Shown here piece by piece: positions 63,973 to 64,000 of a DNA stretch of 64,000 nt; positions within the stretch are counted from its first letter, which is position 1, and each line of letters begins with the position of its first letter. Made by a program: the position numbers and the translations under genes. The DNA lies in the NCBI RefSeq assembly GCF_006345805.1, contig NC_042998.1, positions 164,548,001 to 164,612,000 of the forward strand. Direction: 5' to 3'. The notes beneath the pieces are model-generated. The model did no database searches. It saw nothing but the letters and a program-made list of their open reading frames with translations, and was not told the DNA's origin. This stretch comes from Octopus sinensis. Lineage: Eukaryota.

Positions 63973-64000
63973 GTGTGTGTGTATGTGTGTGTGTGTGTGT

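Overview
AT-rich, microsatellite-dense eukaryotic DNA with one 100-N assembly gap (40186-40285). The SINE and microsatellite repertoire is most consistent with an octopus or other coleoid cephalopod (inference, not verified). The only clearly intact protein-coding gene is a solitary, intronless histone H4 (46174..45863, minus strand). It has four substitutions versus canonical metazoan H4, TATA and CCAAT boxes, and no canonical histone 3' stem-loop. The rest is mostly mobile DNA: dozens of tRNA-derived SINEs in three groups, two TIR-bounded mariner relics, two maT-like Tc1/mariner copies (one with a nested MITE), a TIR-bounded FLYWCH-Mutator relic, Penelope and RTE reverse-transcriptase fragments, two non-autonomous Helitrons and several MITEs. 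The best candidate for something undescribed is a 2.25 kb retroelement (21321-23571, minus). It has a TSD, tandem ~198 bp 5' monomers and only an L1/Tx1-type ORF1 (no endonuclease or RT), and it inserted into the tRNA-like head of a SINE. It ends in a small CTTGT-loop hairpin that recurs, with compensatory stem changes, at the 3' ends of otherwise unrelated SINE tails. Together these suggest a guild of non-autonomous elements sharing one L1/Tx1 retrotransposition machinery. Other items are a YY1/NRF1/ETS promoter-like cluster (7246-7330), hammerhead-like motifs, a 78-nt hairpin and two short locally templated duplications. Most ORFs in the supplied track are microsatellite artefacts. All coordinates and identities were counted by eye.
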